DNA of 64,000 nucleotides from Thermoleophilaceae bacterium (GTDB lineage Bacteria > Actinomycetota > Thermoleophilia > Solirubrobacterales > Thermoleophilaceae), in the NCBI GenBank assembly GCA_036269895.1, contig DATBDN010000004.1:4759-68758 (forward strand). The letters are read 5' to 3'. The notes under the pieces were generated by a model. The model had not been told where the DNA came from. It did not search any database and worked only from the letters and a program-made list of their open reading frames with translations. The position numbers were made by a program, and so were the translations under genes. Below are positions 16,112 through 26,134 of this stretch, piece by piece. Each line of letters begins with the position of its first letter. Position 1 is the first letter of the stretch.

Positions 16112-16957
16112 ATGGCCAGCATCCCCAACATCGAACTCAACGACGGAAACTCGATACCCCAGCTCGGCTTCGGTGTCTTCCAGATCGAACCCGGCCAGAC
16201 CGCTGAAGCGGTCACGCACGCGCTGAACGTCGGCTACCGCCACATCGACACAGCCGAGATGTACCGGAACGAGCGCGGCGTCGCGGACGGCATCCGCGCG
16301 GCCAGCATCGACCGCGGCGAGGTCTACATCACCAGCAAGCTCAACAACGGCGCGCACGAGCCGGACGCCGCGCGTGCGGCGTTCGAGCAGACGCTGTCGG
16401 AGCTGCAGTCGGACTACGTCGACCTGTTCCTGATCCATTGGCCGCTGCCGACGCTCTCCGACGGTGACTTCGTCTCGACTTGGAACGTGCTCGAGGAGTT
16501 CAAGCGCGACGGCCGCGCGCGCTCGATCGGCGTCTCGAACTTCGAGCCGGAACACCTGGAGCGGCTGATCGAGGAGTGCGAGGTCGTGCCGGCCGTCAAC
16601 CAGATCGAACTGCACCCGTACTTCCAGAACGCAGAGGCGCGCGCCTCCGACGAAACGCACGGAATCGCCACTGAGGCGTGGTCACCGATCGCGCAGGGTG
16701 AGGTGCTCGACGACGCGGTCATTGTTGAGATCGCCGAGAGCGCCGGGAAGACGCCGGCGCAGGTCGTGCTGCGCTGGCATGTCCAACGGGGCAACATCGT
16801 CTTCCCGAAGTCGACGACCCCGGACCGGATCGAAGAGAACTTCGAGATCTTCGACTTCGAGCTCGACGACGATCAGATCGAGCAGATCGACTCGCTCGAC
16901 AAGGGCGAAAGCGGGCGCACCGGGCCGCACCCTGAGTCGTTTGCCTACGTGCCGTAG
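16112..16957 (+). CDS. Aldo/keto reductase (2,5-diketo-D-gluconate reductase-like)
   Basis: IPQLGFGVFQ..GYRHIDTAEMYRNE..; LFLIHWP; SIGVSNF motifs. Confidence 0.9.
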   Translation: MASIPNIELNDGNSIPQLGFGVFQIEPGQTAEAVTHALNVGYRHIDTAEMYRNERGVADGIRAASIDRGEVYITSKLNNGAHEPDAARAAFEQTLSELQSDYVDLFLIHWPLPTLSDGDFVSTWNVLEEFKRDGRARSIGVSNFEPEHLERLIEECEVVPAVNQIELHPYFQNAEARASDETHGIATEAWSPIAQGEVLDDAVIVEIAESAGKTPAQVVLRWHVQRGNIVFPKSTTPDRIEENFEIFDFELDDDQIEQIDSLDKGESGRTGPHPESFAYVP

Positions 16958-18126
16958 GAGCCGAGCTCGGCCAGGCGCCGCTCGAGCGTGCGGCGTTCCG
17001 CCTCAGAGTGCACGAGCTCGAGCGCGCGCTGGTAGGCGGCGCGCGCTTCGTCCACTCGCGCCAGGCGCCGCAGCAGCTCGGCGCGCGTGGCGTGCAGGTA
17101 GTGGTAACCGTCGAGCTCGAGCCCGTCGACGATGCCGAGCGCGCTCTCGGTGTTGCCGGCTTCGGCGAGTGCGGCGGCGCGGTTCAGCTCGACCACCGGT
17201 GATCGGGTGAGGCGCCCGAGCTCGCCGTAGAGCGCGGCGATCTGCGGCCAGTCCGGCGGATCGTCCAGGTGCAGCGACGCGAGCGCCGCTTGGAGCACAT
17301 ACGTGCCGCGACCGCCGAGCGCCAGCGCGCGATCCAGGTCCGCTCGCCCCGCGGCGATCTGGTCCAGGTCCCATTTCGACCGGTCCTGGTCGCGCAGCAG
17401 CACTGCCGCGCCGTCGGCGAAGCGCGCGTCGCGGCGGGCGTCGTTCATCAGCATCAGCGCCACGAGCGCGTGCACCTCGGGCTCGTCCGGCATCAGCTCC
17501 GCCAGGGCGCGACCGAGCCAGATCGCCTCCCCCGCCAGGTCGCCGCGGCCGCTGTAGCCCTCGTTGAAGATCAGGTAGACGACCGCCAGCACCGCCACGA
17601 GCCGGTCCGGCAGCAGGTGTGCAGGTGGCACGCGGAACGGGATGCCGGCGGCAGCGATCTTGCGCTTGGCGCGCACCAGCCGCTTCGCCATCGTCGGCTC
17701 GGGAACGAGGAACGCGCGCGCAATCTCCTCCGTCGTCAGGCCGCCGAGCGTGCGCAGGGTGAGCGCGACCTGCGCGTCGAGCGCCAGTGCCGGGTGGCAG
17801 CAGGTGAAGATGAGCTCCAGGCGCTCGTCGGGAATTTCGGTCTCGTCCACGGTGTCCTCGATCCACTCCTCGACTTCGAGCAACCTGGTCTTCTCGCTGA
17901 GCGTGCGGTTGCGGCGGATCCGGTCGACCGCGCGGTTGCGCGCTGTCGTCACGAGCCATGCGCGCGGATTCGACGGCGTGCCCTCGCGGGGCCAGCGCTC
18001 GGCGGCCGCCGCGAACGCATCCTGGGCGGCCTCCTCGGCGAGCTCGAAGTCGCCGAGGAAGCCGATCAGGGCAGCCAGGACGCGGCCCCACTCGTCGCGG
18101 AAGACCTGCTCGAGGATCCCTACCAC
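16945..18126 (-). CDS. ECF-family sigma factor with long C-terminal extension (the type usually paired with YciI/DGPF proteins)
   Basis: N-terminal regions 2 and 4 (WGRVLAALIGFLGDFELAEEAAQDAF; LGGLTTEEIARAFLVPEPTMAKRLVRAKRKI) plus a ~220-aa TPR-like tail. It overlaps the YciI gene by 7 nt. Confidence 0.85.
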   Translation of the reverse strand: MVGILEQVFRDEWGRVLAALIGFLGDFELAEEAAQDAFAAAAERWPREGTPSNPRAWLVTTARNRAVDRIRRNRTLSEKTRLLEVEEWIEDTVDETEIPDERLELIFTCCHPALALDAQVALTLRTLGGLTTEEIARAFLVPEPTMAKRLVRAKRKIAAAGIPFRVPPAHLLPDRLVAVLAVVYLIFNEGYSGRGDLAGEAIWLGRALAELMPDEPEVHALVALMLMNDARRDARFADGAAVLLRDQDRSKWDLDQIAAGRADLDRALALGGRGTYVLQAALASLHLDDPPDWPQIAALYGELGRLTRSPVVELNRAAALAEAGNTESALGIVDGLELDGYHYLHATRAELLRRLARVDEARAAYQRALELVHSEAERRTLERRLAELGSYGT

Positions 18127-18479
18127 TCCTGGACTGGCCGCACCTCGATCGCGCCGCCCAGGCGCGCCGCGGGGATCCGTCCCGCCAGCTCGATTGCCGC
18201 GTCGAGATCGTCGGCCTCGTAAACGAGGTAGCCGTTGAGCGCTTCCTTGACAGCGACGAACGGGCCGTCGGTGGTGAGCGTCTGGCCGTCCTGAACGCGG
18301 ACGGTCGTCGCGGTCTCCGCCGGCTGCAGTCCCACGCCCGGCGTAACGCCCGGCGTCTGGTTGATCGCCTGGTAGTCCGTGTAGACCGCCTTCTGCTCGT
18401 CCGGCGACAACGTCGCCCAGGCCTCCTGGTCGAGCGGCGTCGGGGCGTCGCCCTGGTGAATCAGCAGCATGTACTTCAT
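18120..18479 (-). CDS. YciI-family protein
   Basis: MKYMLLIH...DGPFAE-like TTDGPFVAVKEALNGYLVYEADDLDAAIELA. Confidence 0.85.
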   Translation of the reverse strand: MKYMLLIHQGDAPTPLDQEAWATLSPDEQKAVYTDYQAINQTPGVTPGVGLQPAETATTVRVQDGQTLTTDGPFVAVKEALNGYLVYEADDLDAAIELAGRIPAARLGGAIEVRPVQEW

Positions 18480-18527
18480 CGCTTTGTCCTTTCCTCGTGG
18501 TTCGGGTTCGCCATCTAGACGAACGAG

Positions 18528-20405
18528 CTAACGGGAAATGGACACCTCCATCTGCGGCGGCTTTGCCAGTTCCCGCGCCAGCCGGCGAAGCAGCGGGTCG
18601 AGCTCGGGATCGCCCTGCGGCTCCCAGTCCGCGATCAGCTCACGCAGGCAGTCCGTGCGCGCCGCGACGAGCTGGTCACGGATCGCATTCCCCGCGGGCG
18701 TGAGCCCGTCGCCGTCGTACCAGCCGCGTTCACGGACTGCGACGAGGGTCGCCTGGAACGACTCCGGATCGACGTGCGGCAGCATCTTGATCTCGTCGTG
18801 TTCGTCCGGGCCTGGTGCGCGCAGCAGGAACCAAGCCTGCCGCGGCGGGACGTCCAGTCCCGCGCGGGCTGTGGCGCCTTCGAGGAACTGCATCGTCCTT
18901 TCGCGCCCGACCAGGCGCGTGAGCCCACGGGTGACCTCGCGCAGTGAGTCGGTGTCGACCGGCGCGCCGAACGACTCGCCCACACCCGCGGACGTCTCAA
19001 CGGTCTGGCGCAGCGGCTTCTCCTCGATCAGCCACGCGAGCGCGAAGGCGACGAGCACCACGATGGTCGCGACCGTGAAGACCAGTTGCAGCGCGTCGGT
19101 GAAGGCGGTCGTCCGGGACAGGTGCGCGTGCAGCCCGTCGGTCAGCTTCGCGTTGAAGATCGCGCCGAGTACTGCCGTGCCGAGCGAACCGCCAATCGAA
19201 CGGAACAGCGTCGCGCCGGAAGTGGCAACGCCGAGCTGCTCGTACGAGACGGCGTTCTGGGTCGCCAGGACCAGCACCTGCATGACCATGCCGAGGCCAA
19301 GGCCGAGGATGAGCATGTGCAGCGCGGTCACGCCCGTGCTGGTCGATGCATCGAGCGACGACAAGAGCCACAGTCCAACCGCGGCGACCGCCGTGCCGAG
19401 GATCGGAAAGATCTTGTAGCGGCCGGTGCGCGTTATGAGCTGACCCGACACGATCGACGAGACCAGCAGCCCGCCGATCACCGGCAGCAGCTGCAGGCCC
19501 GACGCCGTCGGGCTCAGCCCGCGCACCACCTGCTGGAACAGCGGCAGGTAGGTGAGCGCGCCGAACAGCGCGAACCCGACCACCAGGCCGACGGCGCTGC
19601 AGATCACGAAGACACGGTTGTGGAACAGCTCCAGCGGCAGGATCGGCTCGGCCGCGCGGCCCTCGACGCGCACGAATGCGATTAGGGCAAGGACGCCGAT
19701 CACGCCCAGGCCGACGGTCTCGGGCGAGCCCCAGGCATAGGTGTTGCCACCCAGCGTCGTCAGCAGCACGAGCGCGGTGAGGGCGATCGCCAGCAGGACG
19801 GTGCCGGCGTAGTCGATCGCGTGGCTGCGCCGCTCCGCGACGCTCGGCAGTGTGACGGCGATCACCGCGAACGCGATCAGGCCGAGCGGCAGGTTCACGT
19901 AGAAGATCGACTGCCACGAGACGTGGGTGGTCAGGAAGCCGCCGATCAGCGGGCCGGCGACGCTGGAGACGCCGAAGACGGCACCGAAGAGGCCGGTGTA
20001 GCGGCCACGCTCGCTCGGCGGAACCACGTCGCCGATCGCGGCCTGTGCGCTGACCAACAGGCCACCGCCGCCGAGGCCCTGGATCGCGCGGAACGCGATC
20101 AGCTCGGTCATGCTTGTCGCGAGGCCGCAGAGCGCCGAGCCGATCAGGAACAGCACCAGCGCGCCCTGCAGCACGACCTTGCGGCCGAACAGGTCGCCGA
20201 GCTTCCCGTACAGCGGCGTCACGATCGTCACAGCCAGCAGGTATGCCGTAACGACCCACGACAGGTGCGCGAGCCCCCCGAGGTCGCGGACGATCGTGGG
20301 CAGCGCCGTCGACACGATCGTCTGGTCGAGCGACGCCAGCAGCATCACCAGCATCAGGCCCGCCATCACCAGGCGGACGTGCGTGCGCTGCGCGGTAGCG
20401 GGCAT
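18528..20405 (-). CDS. MFS transporter (DHA2/EmrB-QacA type, 14 TM) with ~160-aa soluble C-terminal extension
   Basis: LASLDQTIVSTALPTIVRDLGG, GKLGDLFGRK. The start is moved to ATG 20405 (MPATAQRTHV), 10 nt after the upstream gene. Confidence 0.9.
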   Translation of the reverse strand: MPATAQRTHVRLVMAGLMLVMLLASLDQTIVSTALPTIVRDLGGLAHLSWVVTAYLLAVTIVTPLYGKLGDLFGRKVVLQGALVLFLIGSALCGLATSMTELIAFRAIQGLGGGGLLVSAQAAIGDVVPPSERGRYTGLFGAVFGVSSVAGPLIGGFLTTHVSWQSIFYVNLPLGLIAFAVIAVTLPSVAERRSHAIDYAGTVLLAIALTALVLLTTLGGNTYAWGSPETVGLGVIGVLALIAFVRVEGRAAEPILPLELFHNRVFVICSAVGLVVGFALFGALTYLPLFQQVVRGLSPTASGLQLLPVIGGLLVSSIVSGQLITRTGRYKIFPILGTAVAAVGLWLLSSLDASTSTGVTALHMLILGLGLGMVMQVLVLATQNAVSYEQLGVATSGATLFRSIGGSLGTAVLGAIFNAKLTDGLHAHLSRTTAFTDALQLVFTVATIVVLVAFALAWLIEEKPLRQTVETSAGVGESFGAPVDTDSLREVTRGLTRLVGRERTMQFLEGATARAGLDVPPRQAWFLLRAPGPDEHDEIKMLPHVDPESFQATLVAVRERGWYDGDGLTPAGNAIRDQLVAARTDCLRELIADWEPQGDPELDPLLRRLARELAKPPQMEVSISR

Positions 20406-20415
20406 CACGGATGTT

Positions 20416-21549
20416 CTAGCGACAGAGGCGCTCGGCCACAGCGACCAGGATCTCGGCGACCGCCTCCGTCGCCCGCAGGCTGACCCACTCCTCGAGCGCA
20501 TGTGCGCCTTCGCCGCCCGGGCCGAACATCACGGTTGGGATGCCGGCGGCGGCGATGAAGGCTGCATCGGCCCAGTAACTGGCGCCGGCGATCGGCGGCG
20601 CCTCCCCAGTCACCGCGACGGCGGCTTCGCGCACGGCCGTCACGGGCTCCGCCTGTTCGTCGACCTCGAACGGCTCGCGCACGAGCAGGGTGCGCTGCTC
20701 CGCCTGCAGCTCGGGATCGCGTGCGCGGCAACGCTCGAGGAGCGCTTCGACCTCCGCTTCGACCCCGGCGCCCGTCTCGCCGGGCAGCGTCCGCCGCTCG
20801 AGCCCGAGCACGCAGCGTCCCGGATAGCTCGACAGCTCCACCCCGCCCTCGATGACCGACGCGTGCATGGATCCGCGTCCGAGCAACGGATGCGTGGGTT
20901 CGCCAAGGGCGGCGTCGAGCGCCGCGAGCTCCGTCAGGATGGGTCCCATCTTCGCGATCGCGTCGACGCCCAGGTCCGGGCGCGACCCGTGAGCGGGACG
21001 CCCCGTGACCTCGATCTCGGTCCAGACGAAGCCCTTGTGCGCGACGACGAGCTCCATCTCGGTCGGCTCGGTCACGACCGCGGCGTCCGCCTGCACCGAG
21101 CGGAGCGCGTCCTGGACACCAAGGCTGGCGTGCTCCTCGTCGGCAACGGCGGCGACCACGACGTCGCCGCGCAGCCCGGCGCGCGCAGCGTCGCGTGCGG
21201 CGATCAGCGCCGCGGCGACGCCGGCCTTCATGTCGTAGGCGCCCCGTCCGTAGAGGCGGTCGCCGTCGACGCGCGGCACGTGGGCGTCAGTCATTCCCTC
21301 GACGTTGACCGTGTCGATGTGGCCGCACAGCAGCAGCGTGCGACCGCCGCTGCTGCCGGGCGCGCGCACCAGGACGCTCGGCCGGCCGGGCGTGTCCTCG
21401 AGCACGTCGGCAACCAGTCCCTGATCGCGGGCCCAGCGCGCGATGAAGGCGGCAATCTCGCTCTCGCCGGCGCCACCGGGGACGATCGATGGATTGACGG
21501 AGTCGATGGCGACCAGGTCGGACAGCAGCGTGACGAGCTCTGACGGCAT
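20416..21549 (-). CDS. M20-family metallopeptidase (ArgE/DapE/ACY1-like deacylase)
   Basis: LLLCGHIDTV, GRGAYDMKAG, ADEEHASLG metal-ligand motifs. The start is moved to ATG 21549 (MPSELVTLLSDLVAIDSVNP). Confidence 0.85.
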   Translation of the reverse strand: MPSELVTLLSDLVAIDSVNPSIVPGGAGESEIAAFIARWARDQGLVADVLEDTPGRPSVLVRAPGSSGGRTLLLCGHIDTVNVEGMTDAHVPRVDGDRLYGRGAYDMKAGVAAALIAARDAARAGLRGDVVVAAVADEEHASLGVQDALRSVQADAAVVTEPTEMELVVAHKGFVWTEIEVTGRPAHGSRPDLGVDAIAKMGPILTELAALDAALGEPTHPLLGRGSMHASVIEGGVELSSYPGRCVLGLERRTLPGETGAGVEAEVEALLERCRARDPELQAEQRTLLVREPFEVDEQAEPVTAVREAAVAVTGEAPPIAGASYWADAAFIAAAGIPTVMFGPGGEGAHALEEWVSLRATEAVAEILVAVAERLCR

Positions 21550-21687
21550 CCGCGAATGGTCGTTGAAACGGGCCCAGCTGGGTAGCCGAGGCGCATGCAG
21601 TCGCACGCCGATGGCAATACGCAGCGCGGAGCCGGACCAGCCGGGACCGGATCGCGGATGGAAGCCGCCGGGGTCGCGGTTGACCCC

Positions 21688-22344
21688 ATGGCCGTTACCC
21701 GCATCACCCTGCGGCCGATAGCGTCGCCACTGCCACTCGGCCTGCTCGCCGTGATGACCGGCGGCCTGCTGCTGGCGTGCGAGCAGATCGGGGCGCTGGC
21801 GCCCGCGGAGCAGCACACGATCGCGCTGATCCTGCTTGGCTTCGTCGTGCCGCTCGAGCTGCTCGCGACTGTGTTCTGCTTCCTGGCGCGCGATACCGTC
21901 GCCGCCACCGGGCTCGGCCTGTTCTCAGGAGCGTGGTTGGCAAGCGGGTTGACCTTGCTGAGCGCTCAGCCCGGCCAGACCGACAAGGCCTTCGGGGTGT
22001 TCATGCTGTCGCTCGCCGCGGCGCTGTTCGTGATCGTCGCGGGCGCCTCGTTCGGCAAGGCGGGCGCGGCGTTCGTGATGGTGTTTGGGTCCGCACGCTT
22101 CGCGCTGGCCGGCCTATACGAGCTAACGGGCAGCGCGGGTGTGGAGCACGCGGCGGCGATCGTGGGCTTCCTACTCGTGGCAACTGCCCTCTACACGGCA
22201 GTCGCGACCGAGATCGAGGACGTGCGCGGCGAGCGGAAGCTCCCGATCGGTCGCAAGCGCGAGGCGGCGATGGCACTCGACGAGCCGCTGCCCAGCCAGC
22301 TGAAGCGGCTGGAACACGAGGCGGGAGTCCGACAGCAGCTGTAA
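21688..22344 (+). CDS. GPR1/FUN34/YaaH-family (acetate/succinate channel, SatP-like) membrane protein
   Basis: Six hydrophobic spans. N-terminal IASPLPLGLLAVMTGGLLL resembles the family NP(A/L)PLGL motif. The start is moved to ATG 21688. Confidence 0.7.
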   Translation: MAVTRITLRPIASPLPLGLLAVMTGGLLLACEQIGALAPAEQHTIALILLGFVVPLELLATVFCFLARDTVAATGLGLFSGAWLASGLTLLSAQPGQTDKAFGVFMLSLAAALFVIVAGASFGKAGAAFVMVFGSARFALAGLYELTGSAGVEHAAAIVGFLLVATALYTAVATEIEDVRGERKLPIGRKREAAMALDEPLPSQLKRLEHEAGVRQQL

Positions 22345-22379
22345 CCAGCCGTCCTGGCCTTCGCCGATGATGGACGGGC

Positions 22380-23036
22380 TTGCCGTACCAGGCCCTCCCC
22401 CTTGCACTTGCCGCGGCCTTCTTCCCCTTCGGCCTGATCGTGTTCACGCTGCTCGTCTCGAGCGAGCCGTTCCGGGCGCGCGCCGTGAGCTTCCTCGCCG
22501 GCGCGTTGGCCATGACGTTCGGCTGCGGCGTCGTCGGCGTGACGCTCGCGCACGACCTCGACCTGGCCGGCGTGCGCGGCTCGCATCACGTCAGCGGCGT
22601 CGTGGACATCGCGGTCGGCGCATTGCTGCTGATCGCCTTCGTCGTCATCCGCCGGCGACCTGCGAAGGAGCGCGCCGCCCGCGAGCCCGCGCCGTGGATC
22701 CGCGCGCTCATGCGCTCGCCGCTGCTCGCATTCTTGCTCGGTGCGGGGCTCTACGCCCCGTCGCCGCTTTATCTCGGAGCGTTGACGATCGTCGCCGACG
22801 CCGGCCTGTCGACAGCGGGCGACGTCGTGTGGGTCGCAATCCTGACTGTCATCGTCACCTCGCTGATCGAGGTGCCCGTGATCCTGATGCTGCGCGAGCC
22901 CGAACGCGGGCGCGCCGGGCTCGTGCGGCTCAACGGCTGGATGAGCAGCAACGGCAGAGCGCTGTTGATGTGGCTCGTCCTAGCGGCAGGCGTCTACCTG
23001 GTGGTACGCGGGGTGGCCCGCGTCAGTGCTCTGTGA
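22380..23036 (+). CDS. GAP-family (Sap-like) integral membrane protein
   Basis: 218 aa with about 6 TM and a central basic loop (RRRPAKERAAREP). It has the same architecture as 45982..46665. Confidence 0.55.
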   Translation: MPYQALPLALAAAFFPFGLIVFTLLVSSEPFRARAVSFLAGALAMTFGCGVVGVTLAHDLDLAGVRGSHHVSGVVDIAVGALLLIAFVVIRRRPAKERAAREPAPWIRALMRSPLLAFLLGAGLYAPSPLYLGALTIVADAGLSTAGDVVWVAILTVIVTSLIEVPVILMLREPERGRAGLVRLNGWMSSNGRALLMWLVLAAGVYLVVRGVARVSAL

Positions 23037-25653
23037 TGCCCGGGTTGAGCAGGCGGAGCTCGCGCCCCCGGCGGACCGCATCGCGGCGGTCGGCCACGTC
23101 GAGCTTGCGGTAGACGTGCTTGAGGTGCGTCTTCACCGTGTTGACGGAGACGAACATCTCAGACGCAATCTCGGTGTTCGACATCATCGTCGGCAGGAAG
23201 CGCAGCACGGCGATCTCCCGCTCGGTGAGGGGCTCGAGCAACGGCCCGTTCGACTGACGCTCCGACGCTCCGTTGCCGTCGAGGTGGGCCAGCACGTCGC
23301 CTGCCAGCGCACGGTGCGAGGTGCCTCGCCGGATGTGGCGGCGGACCAGTGACCGCACCGGCGCGCCATTGCGCGTGAGCGGCCACACGAGCCCGCGCGG
23401 CTCGGCCAGATCGAGCGCGCGCTCCAGGGCGCGCAGTGCGCCGTCCTCATCACGCAGTTCGTCGCGGGCGATCGCGTCGAGCGCCCAAGCATCGACCCGC
23501 GCCGTCGGCCCCATCGCGTCGCGCTCGTCGGCGAGGAAATCCGCGACCGCGCGGATGGCCGCCTCGGGAGCGCCGCTCGCGAGCTCGATCCGCGCCAGCC
23601 CAACGGCCGGGTCGGACGCGTCCTCGTGCGCGTCGAGGTCGACCAGCAGCTTTCGTGCCTGGGCGGACTCGCCGAGCGTCATGAGCAGATCTGCCTCGAC
23701 CAGCGCCGCGACGACGCGCAGGAACGTCGGCAGCAGGTCGCCGGCGGCGCCTCGCGCGGCGCGGACCATGTCGAGAGCGACGAGCGGGTTACGGGTGGCG
23801 ACGAGCTCCGCTTCGAGGAGCGCAAGCGAAAGTGCCAAAAGCGGCTCTTCCGGAACGGACAGAGCGGCTTTCGCGCGACCCGCAAACTGAGCCGCGGTCG
23901 CCGGGTCGTTCGCGAGCAGCGCGAGCGACCCCAGCGTGACGCATGCCGCGGCTGCCGCCGCCGTCTTCGTCCACCCGCGCAGCTCCGCGATGTCGAGTGC
24001 GCCGAACGCGCGCACCCGTGCCTCTTCGAGCTGGTCGGTCCGCAGCGCGGCCAGCGACCCCCAGCCCTGCGCGCCGAACAGCAGGTAGTCGTTCTCACAG
24101 TCCCTGGCAAGGCCGGCGGCCTCTTGAAGGTGCTGGAGCGCCGAACTCGCGTCGCCGGTCCAGAACTCGGCCACACCGAGGCTGCCGAGCGTCAGCGCCC
24201 GCACGTCCTGCGAGACCGCGCGGTCCCAGTGGCCGCTGAGCACGGTCCGCGCCGCGCGCAGTGCGTCCTCGAGCTCGCGGCCGAAGCGCGCGCGGTAGAG
24301 CTGCGTCGAGGTGGCGGCGATGTCGAAGTGGCGGCGGCGCGCCTCCGGCAGCGGGTCGGCCGCCGCGATCGCGCCGTCGATCAGCTCCCCCACATCCATG
24401 ACGCCTGCGTCCAGCTGGATCCCTGCGAGCGCCAGCGCCAGCTCGGGACTCGCTCGCGTCACATCCTCGGGAATGGCGGCCAGAGCATCGCGCAGCATCG
24501 GACCCTCACCGCGGATCACCAGATGAACCCAGTGCTCGCCGATGATCTCGGCGCTCAGGTCCCAATCGTGGGCGGCGACGGCGTGGCGGATCGCCTCGTG
24601 CGGACTGTCCTGCGTGCGGAACCACAGTGCCGCTCGGCGGTGCAGTGGTGCGACCTCGTCCGGCATGGCCCGCGCCAGCTCGAGGCGGAGCACCTCGAGG
24701 AACATCGGGTGGTAGCTGTACCACCCTCCCGCGCCGTCGAGGGGCGTTATCAGGCCGTCGCGGTGCATGAGCGCGGACAGCAGGTCATCGCCGTCGCTTT
24801 GCTGCGTGAGCGCCTTGACGAGATCAGCGGTAAAGCGATCGGGGACTGACGTCCTGAGCAGGAACGTGCGCGCCGCGGGCGCCTGGCGCGAGATGACCTC
24901 GGACATCAGGTAGTCGCTGACGGCGTGGTCGGTGCCGGCGAAGCCATCGATGAAGGCGTGCGGGTCGGGATCGCCCTCGAGCGACAGCGCCGCCAGGCGC
25001 AGCCCGGCAGCCCAGCCCGCCGTGCTCTTGCAGAGAGTGTCGAGATCGTCGTCGGCCACTGCGAGGTCCAGCGCCGCGATCAGCTCGCGCGTCTCCTCGA
25101 GCGTGAACGCCAGGTCCTGTGCGCGGATCTCGCACATGCGGCCAGCCACGCGCAGCCGCTGGAGCCTGAGTGGAGGATCCGATCGCGTCAGTACGACCAG
25201 CCGCAGCCGGCTCGGCGCATAGTCGAGCAGGGTCTGGAGGTCGTCCATGACCGCCAGCTGCTCGACCTCGTGGAAGTCGTCGAGCACCAGGACAACGGGG
25301 TCGCCCGGCTCGGCGAGCGCCTCAACCAGAGCCGGCAGGAGCAGGTCGATGCGCACGCGCGGCGGCGCGGCAGGACCCCGTGCGATCGCGAGCGCCGGTT
25401 TCAGCGCCGTCACGACCGCGGTCCAGAAGCCACGCCGATCGTCGTCCTCCTTGCCGAGTGAGAGCCATGCGACCGTCCCGGGTGCCCTGCCTTCGCTCAG
25501 CCATGAAGCGACCAACGCGGTCTTCCCGGAGCCTGCGGGCGCCGAGACGAGCGTGAACGGATGGGTCGCGGCGCCGTCGAGCGCGTCGAGCAGCCGTGGC
25601 CTGCGCACCGTGACGGGTGGCGGCTGAGGCACGACGAGCTTCGTGGCGAACAA
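23023..25653 (-). CDS. Large ATP-binding LuxR-family regulator (LAL / MalT-like)
   Basis: N-terminal Walker A (SAPAGSGKT), a long TPR-like middle part, and a C-terminal LuxR HTH (LTEREIAVLRFLPTMMSNTEIASEMFVSVNTVKTHLKHVYRKLDV). Confidence 0.9.
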   Translation of the reverse strand: MFATKLVVPQPPPVTVRRPRLLDALDGAATHPFTLVSAPAGSGKTALVASWLSEGRAPGTVAWLSLGKEDDDRRGFWTAVVTALKPALAIARGPAAPPRVRIDLLLPALVEALAEPGDPVVLVLDDFHEVEQLAVMDDLQTLLDYAPSRLRLVVLTRSDPPLRLQRLRVAGRMCEIRAQDLAFTLEETRELIAALDLAVADDDLDTLCKSTAGWAAGLRLAALSLEGDPDPHAFIDGFAGTDHAVSDYLMSEVISRQAPAARTFLLRTSVPDRFTADLVKALTQQSDGDDLLSALMHRDGLITPLDGAGGWYSYHPMFLEVLRLELARAMPDEVAPLHRRAALWFRTQDSPHEAIRHAVAAHDWDLSAEIIGEHWVHLVIRGEGPMLRDALAAIPEDVTRASPELALALAGIQLDAGVMDVGELIDGAIAAADPLPEARRRHFDIAATSTQLYRARFGRELEDALRAARTVLSGHWDRAVSQDVRALTLGSLGVAEFWTGDASSALQHLQEAAGLARDCENDYLLFGAQGWGSLAALRTDQLEEARVRAFGALDIAELRGWTKTAAAAAACVTLGSLALLANDPATAAQFAGRAKAALSVPEEPLLALSLALLEAELVATRNPLVALDMVRAARGAAGDLLPTFLRVVAALVEADLLMTLGESAQARKLLVDLDAHEDASDPAVGLARIELASGAPEAAIRAVADFLADERDAMGPTARVDAWALDAIARDELRDEDGALRALERALDLAEPRGLVWPLTRNGAPVRSLVRRHIRRGTSHRALAGDVLAHLDGNGASERQSNGPLLEPLTEREIAVLRFLPTMMSNTEIASEMFVSVNTVKTHLKHVYRKLDVADRRDAVRRGRELRLLNPGITEH

Positions 25654-25744
25654 CGGCGCTCCCTTCCGTGTGCATCGTCCCTCCTGCCCTGGGGCCGTAC
25701 ACCACTGACAGAGTCAGCATAGTGACGTCGTGTTAAGTAGGAAG

Positions 25745-26101
25745 CTACCCCAAGCGGCAGTCACGCCACAATCCCTGCAACGCGCTTGGCGTCAACTCCG
25801 CTTTCGCCGTGTGGGCTGCGGCCCCAGCCGCCTCCCGAGCCGGCTCTGAGACCGGCACTCCGTCGGACAAGAGGATCACAACCGTGCGCGGCCTGACCGC
25901 GACGAGTCGCTGACAAGTCTCGTACCCGTCGAGGCCGGGCATGTCGACATCTACGATCGCCAGATCGGGCTCCAACTCGATCACGGCCTCGATCGCCTCC
26001 TCTCCCGACGCGACCTCGCCGACCGACGTGAAGCCCGGCGCCGCGACAACCACCGCCCGTGCCGCCCGCCGGGCAGCCTCGTCGTCATCGACGGTGAGCA
26101 C
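25745..26101 (-). CDS. Stand-alone response-regulator receiver domain
   Basis: TVDDD acidic pocket, DLAIVDVDMPGLDG phospho-acceptor Asp, VVILLSD, conserved Lys (AKAEL). No output domain. Confidence 0.8.
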   Translation of the reverse strand: MLTVDDDEAARRAARAVVVAAPGFTSVGEVASGEEAIEAVIELEPDLAIVDVDMPGLDGYETCQRLVAVRPRTVVILLSDGVPVSEPAREAAGAAAHTAKAELTPSALQGLWRDCRLG

Positions 26102-26134
26102 CGTGATCTGCGTCGCCGCGCTGATGAGCCGAGA

